Part shown: piece after piece, positions 60,934 through 64,000 of the stretch
Position numbering within the stretch: the first letter of the stretch is position 1
How the letters are laid out: each line of letters begins with the position of its first letter
DNA from: Camelus ferus
Lineage: Eukaryota
Assembly (NCBI RefSeq): GCF_009834535.1
Contig: NC_045729.1
Coordinates: forward strand, 3,906,001-3,970,000
Reading direction: 5' to 3'
Length of the DNA: 64,000 nt
The notes under the pieces: generated by a model
What the model saw: only the letters and a program-made list of their open reading frames with translations
Told to the model about the DNA's origin: nothing
Database searches by the model: none
Translations under genes and position numbers: made by a program

Positions 60934-61413
60934 TTTAAACTCAGGATCACATTTGCCTGCAGGTAATAGATCCAACTTCAATGGTTTAACCAAATGGAGA
61001 TTTATTTTTCTTACAAAAAAAAAAAAAAAAAAAAGGTGGGCAGACCAGGTCTTATACGGCAGTTTCAGAATGCCATCAGTTTCCCAACCTACTTACCCCT
61101 CAAGCTTCTCTGACCACAAGTTGGATTCTCCACTTGGAATACAGCATCCATGTTCCAGAGAGAAAGCAACAGCAAAAAGAGCAACAGGCATAACTAGCGA
61201 GCGCATCGAGGCCGTCCCCTTATAAGAGTCTGCGGAGAGCTCCTCCCACCTACCTGCATCTCATTGGCCAGGAATGCGTCACTCAGACACGCCCCAGATG
61301 CAAGGGGTTCTGGGAAATCAAGCTTTTTTTTTTTTTTTTTTTTTAACTGGCCCCAGTGGCGAATTAAAATGATTCAGCTGCGGGGGAAAGTGGTCAGTTT
61401 GTGCCTGCCCACA
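60934..61413 (-). mobile_element. ERVL-MaLR solo LTR (MLT1I-K-like)
   Basis: ttgcctgcaggtaatagatccaacttcaatggtttaacc...atctcattggccaggaatgcgtcac...gggaaat...cctgcccaca, reverse old MLT1 pattern. Confidence 0.75.
61091..61295 (-). promoter_or_regulatory. Candidate LTR-derived promoter and first exon
   Basis: Minus-strand order: GGGGCGTG (61295-61288), TGACGCA (61281-61275), CCAAT (61267-61263), TATAAG (61224-61219), donor GGG|gtaagt (61096-61091). Confidence 0.3.
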
Positions 61414-61899
61414 GGGTGATGTAGAGTGCAAGTCATCCTAGAGAATCAAGGTACCTTGAGAAGAAAGTGATAAAAGACCCTTAAATCTGTGTTGAAAAGC
61501 CTTCTCGTGCAAACTCACCCACTAATGGGGATGGAAGCCGGAAGAATGGAAAAGTTTTGCAAAAGCATCCAAGCAGCTGATCCAGAGGAAAAACACTGAG
61601 ACCCAGGTGACTTCACACACATCGTCCTGGCGAACTCACAGTTTCAGTCGGTGTTTCCTCGGAGTCCTCACTGCTTCCCTTCCTCCCGCTTCCTCACTTC
61701 CCAGAGTTAATTTAGATGGGAACCTACAGGCTCATCTGACGCTAACATCACTCATAAGAAAAAGTAGGGCGTGTTCAAATTCCAATTCAAACAAAATAAA
61801 ATCCTCCACCGTGTGGGGTTACCAGAAGCAGCATCTTACAGAAAAAGATAATGGCTGCAGGGGTGTTCACAACCGCGGCCACACGATCAAGTTACTATG

Positions 61900-62100
61900 T
61901 TAAGAAAGTAGGCCATAGTGTTTTAGCCTTGTTTTCACTTTCAAATAAAGTAAATTTAATACACTTTCCTCATAATAACCTCACACAACTCTGTGATGGC
62001 GAGATTACATTTGTGCAATGTATTGTATATGGAGAGGGTGACGAAAAGCCAGCAAAAGGACTTCTGTGAGCTACATCCTAGGCAGAGAAATACGAGATGA
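61900..62100 (-). mobile_element. MIR
   Basis: tttcctcataataacctcacacaactctgtgatgg...gtgagctacatcctaggcagag. Confidence 0.55.
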
Positions 62101-62413
62101 TGTCTGCATATTCAATGACAGCTTCAGACTTACATTCATAGCATGGAAGAGTTCATAGAGTTTCCAATGGGCCTACTTCTTCCCAAGAACTACCTTGCTT
62201 GCCTGAAGAATTTGGCGACTTATTTATGAATGGACTCGCCACTGAGCACAGCATCTTCAGTCTGTCTCTCATCAGGTAAAATTAAACGTTCCTTTGTTAA
62301 CCCCTACACAACACTAGGAATCAGCACATCTGCTCTCTTGAACTTGCATCTGTTTTTCTGTCACATGCTTAATTTCTCTAAGTTAAAGGAGAGGTAAAAA
62401 TACTTAGCCTTAC

Positions 62414-62579
62414 TCCGGAGTTCAAAGCGTGCCCATAAAATCTACAGCCAGCCCCAAACGTTACAGAACTTGATCTTCTTCCTCCACGATCCAAATCTGA
62501 GAGATGAGCGTAATGATTGATACTCAACGCAATCCGAGTTTGTACAAGTCCTTCAGTCGCGGGCCTTTTAGGTGCACCG
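62414..62579 (-). other. Candidate exon, 166 nt, CpG-rich, one open frame
   Basis: Acceptor ggtttctgtccag| at 62580, donor GGA|gtaagg at 62413; 10 CpG confined to the interval. Confidence 0.25.
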
Positions 62580-64000
62580 CTGGACAGAAACCACTACATG
62601 GTCCTTCTATTCTGAACTCATTACATTTAACAACAAAAACAAGGGTGTGAACGTGGGCCAGTCAAAACGTGAGTCACACCAAGTTCCAGGGAGACACACA
62701 GCCCAATGTTCAGGCACAGACTGACAACACACCCACCTGGATCACTCAGAGTCCCAACCCACATTTCAGAAACAGAAGCTCCTCCGCAGGAACAGACTGG
62801 TTACAGGTTTCACTCAAACCCTCCCCACCTCCAAAAACTGCCTGACGAGTGTGCAAACTTAAAACTCCTGGAAGGGCCCATTTTTAAACCTAAAATCCAT
62901 TCGTTGGGTGTTTTAGATCCTTCAAAGTGGAAAACAGTATTGAAGTAAAAGAAACTCTCACCACTTGGCTTTTCGAAACATTATCAACTAATGCCAAACT
63001 GGCATCAATAATTACTACATTTAAAATAGAGTGTAAAAGAGTTCAGTTTCTTTTTTTAATCCACTAGCTCCACTTAATGAAACATTAGTGTTTGTGGTAG
63101 TGATATATGTGACAAAAGCTGTAGGCTTTTGGCTAGGAAAATGGTTCTGACATGCGCTGCGATGGATCTGAGAAACAAATGACATAATACACTACAGATG
63201 CAAGGAACTGCGCAAGCCCGGAGCAGCTTTTGGATAGTGTCAATTTTTGGACAGTTTGATGACTGATTTAATTGTGAAATTATCAACCTCTAGTTGAAGG
63301 GAAATGCTGGCCAGAGGACAGTTCCCTTTGTCCCCAAACAAGACCCGGTGTCACTAACCTTAACAGCTTTGAATCTCATCCTTAAACCCATCTGTTCCAC
63401 CATGGTTAAAAAAAAATAATCAGAAAATCATGGCTCCCTGAAAGATTTCACAATTGCCTGCTCAACTGGGATTTTTTTTCCCTTAATTTCAATACTAATA
63501 TGACTTTCTAGGGAAATCTCTGGGAATTAAAAAAGCTATCATTATGCAATATCTCTAGCCTATGTTTTCACCTTGAAGGAACGTTTCTTTAATAAAGAAT
63601 CAAGACACAGACCCAAATGGGAATGGGTAGCCATACATTCACTCACGCAGTCATTCACTGTTTTAAAAAGGTAATTCAAATCAGGTTACAAACATGTAAT
63701 AATACCTCTGAAAAGACAGAATGATGAATGAGGTCTTCTTTTAGTTGACAGTTCGAAACATGTGCTATTTGGGACATGGGTATTTTTAAAGATGGGAGAT
63801 GATAACTCCAAAGTTACTTTTAATGTAACAGATTACCAATGTCATCTAAATTAACTACAAAAATACAAGTATTTCACGAACATGAAAGACAGGTTTTAAA
63901 GAGAAGTCAGCTAGTCAGTAACAGAGGGGAAAAAAATGACCTTGTGCTGAATGATCTCATGCTGGTACAGTGAGTAACAAAAAGACTACACGAACAGTTA

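Noticed and set aside
1-64000. ORF-track entries as protein-coding genes
   Set aside because: All are short (up to about 200 aa) and lack recognisable domains or coding-exon structure, except transposon remnants (L1 ORF2, Tigger HTH, L2 RT). This is consistent with chance ORFs.
1-64000. Poly-A versus poly-T run asymmetry as strand evidence
   Set aside because: By eye, long A runs only modestly outnumber T runs and many derive from retroelement tails; an unmasked skew calculation would be needed.

Overview
Mammalian genomic DNA, most likely camelid (camel/alpaca lineage), judged from six copies of a tRNA-Ala-derived SINE and the L1 3' ends. I found no protein-coding exon of a recognisable gene and no rRNA, real tRNA gene or CRISPR array. 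The window reads as repeat-rich intronic or intergenic sequence. It holds young L1 3' fragments and SINEs, mostly with readable target-site duplications (TSDs), ancient L2, MIR and L1M relics, DNA transposons (MER82, MER58A, Charlie-like, MER8, MER20, MER45B-like), two MaLR LTRs and an ERV1-type solo LTR. There are two N gaps (138 and 139 nt). The only protein-like ORFs are transposon remnants: L1 ORF2 C-terminus, a Tigger HTH and an L2 RT. Several minus-strand splice-site-bounded segments suggest an unidentified minus-strand host transcript; the best is a 96-nt non-coding exon at 14406-14501 with a 14-aa uORF. Most notable: (1) a 71-bp tract 70/71 identical at the ends of two otherwise unalignable ancient L1ME copies 1159 bp apart, suggesting recent ectopic gene conversion; (2) an old MaLR LTR with an ordered GC-box/CRE/CCAAT/TATA set plus a splice donor pointing towards the candidate exons; (3) a CpG-rich, splice-bounded 166-nt open segment at 62414-62579; (4) a twin-primed L1 insertion. 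I see no convincing novel biological system. Repeat family names come from remembered consensus sequences, not a database search, and boundaries of old repeats are approximate.
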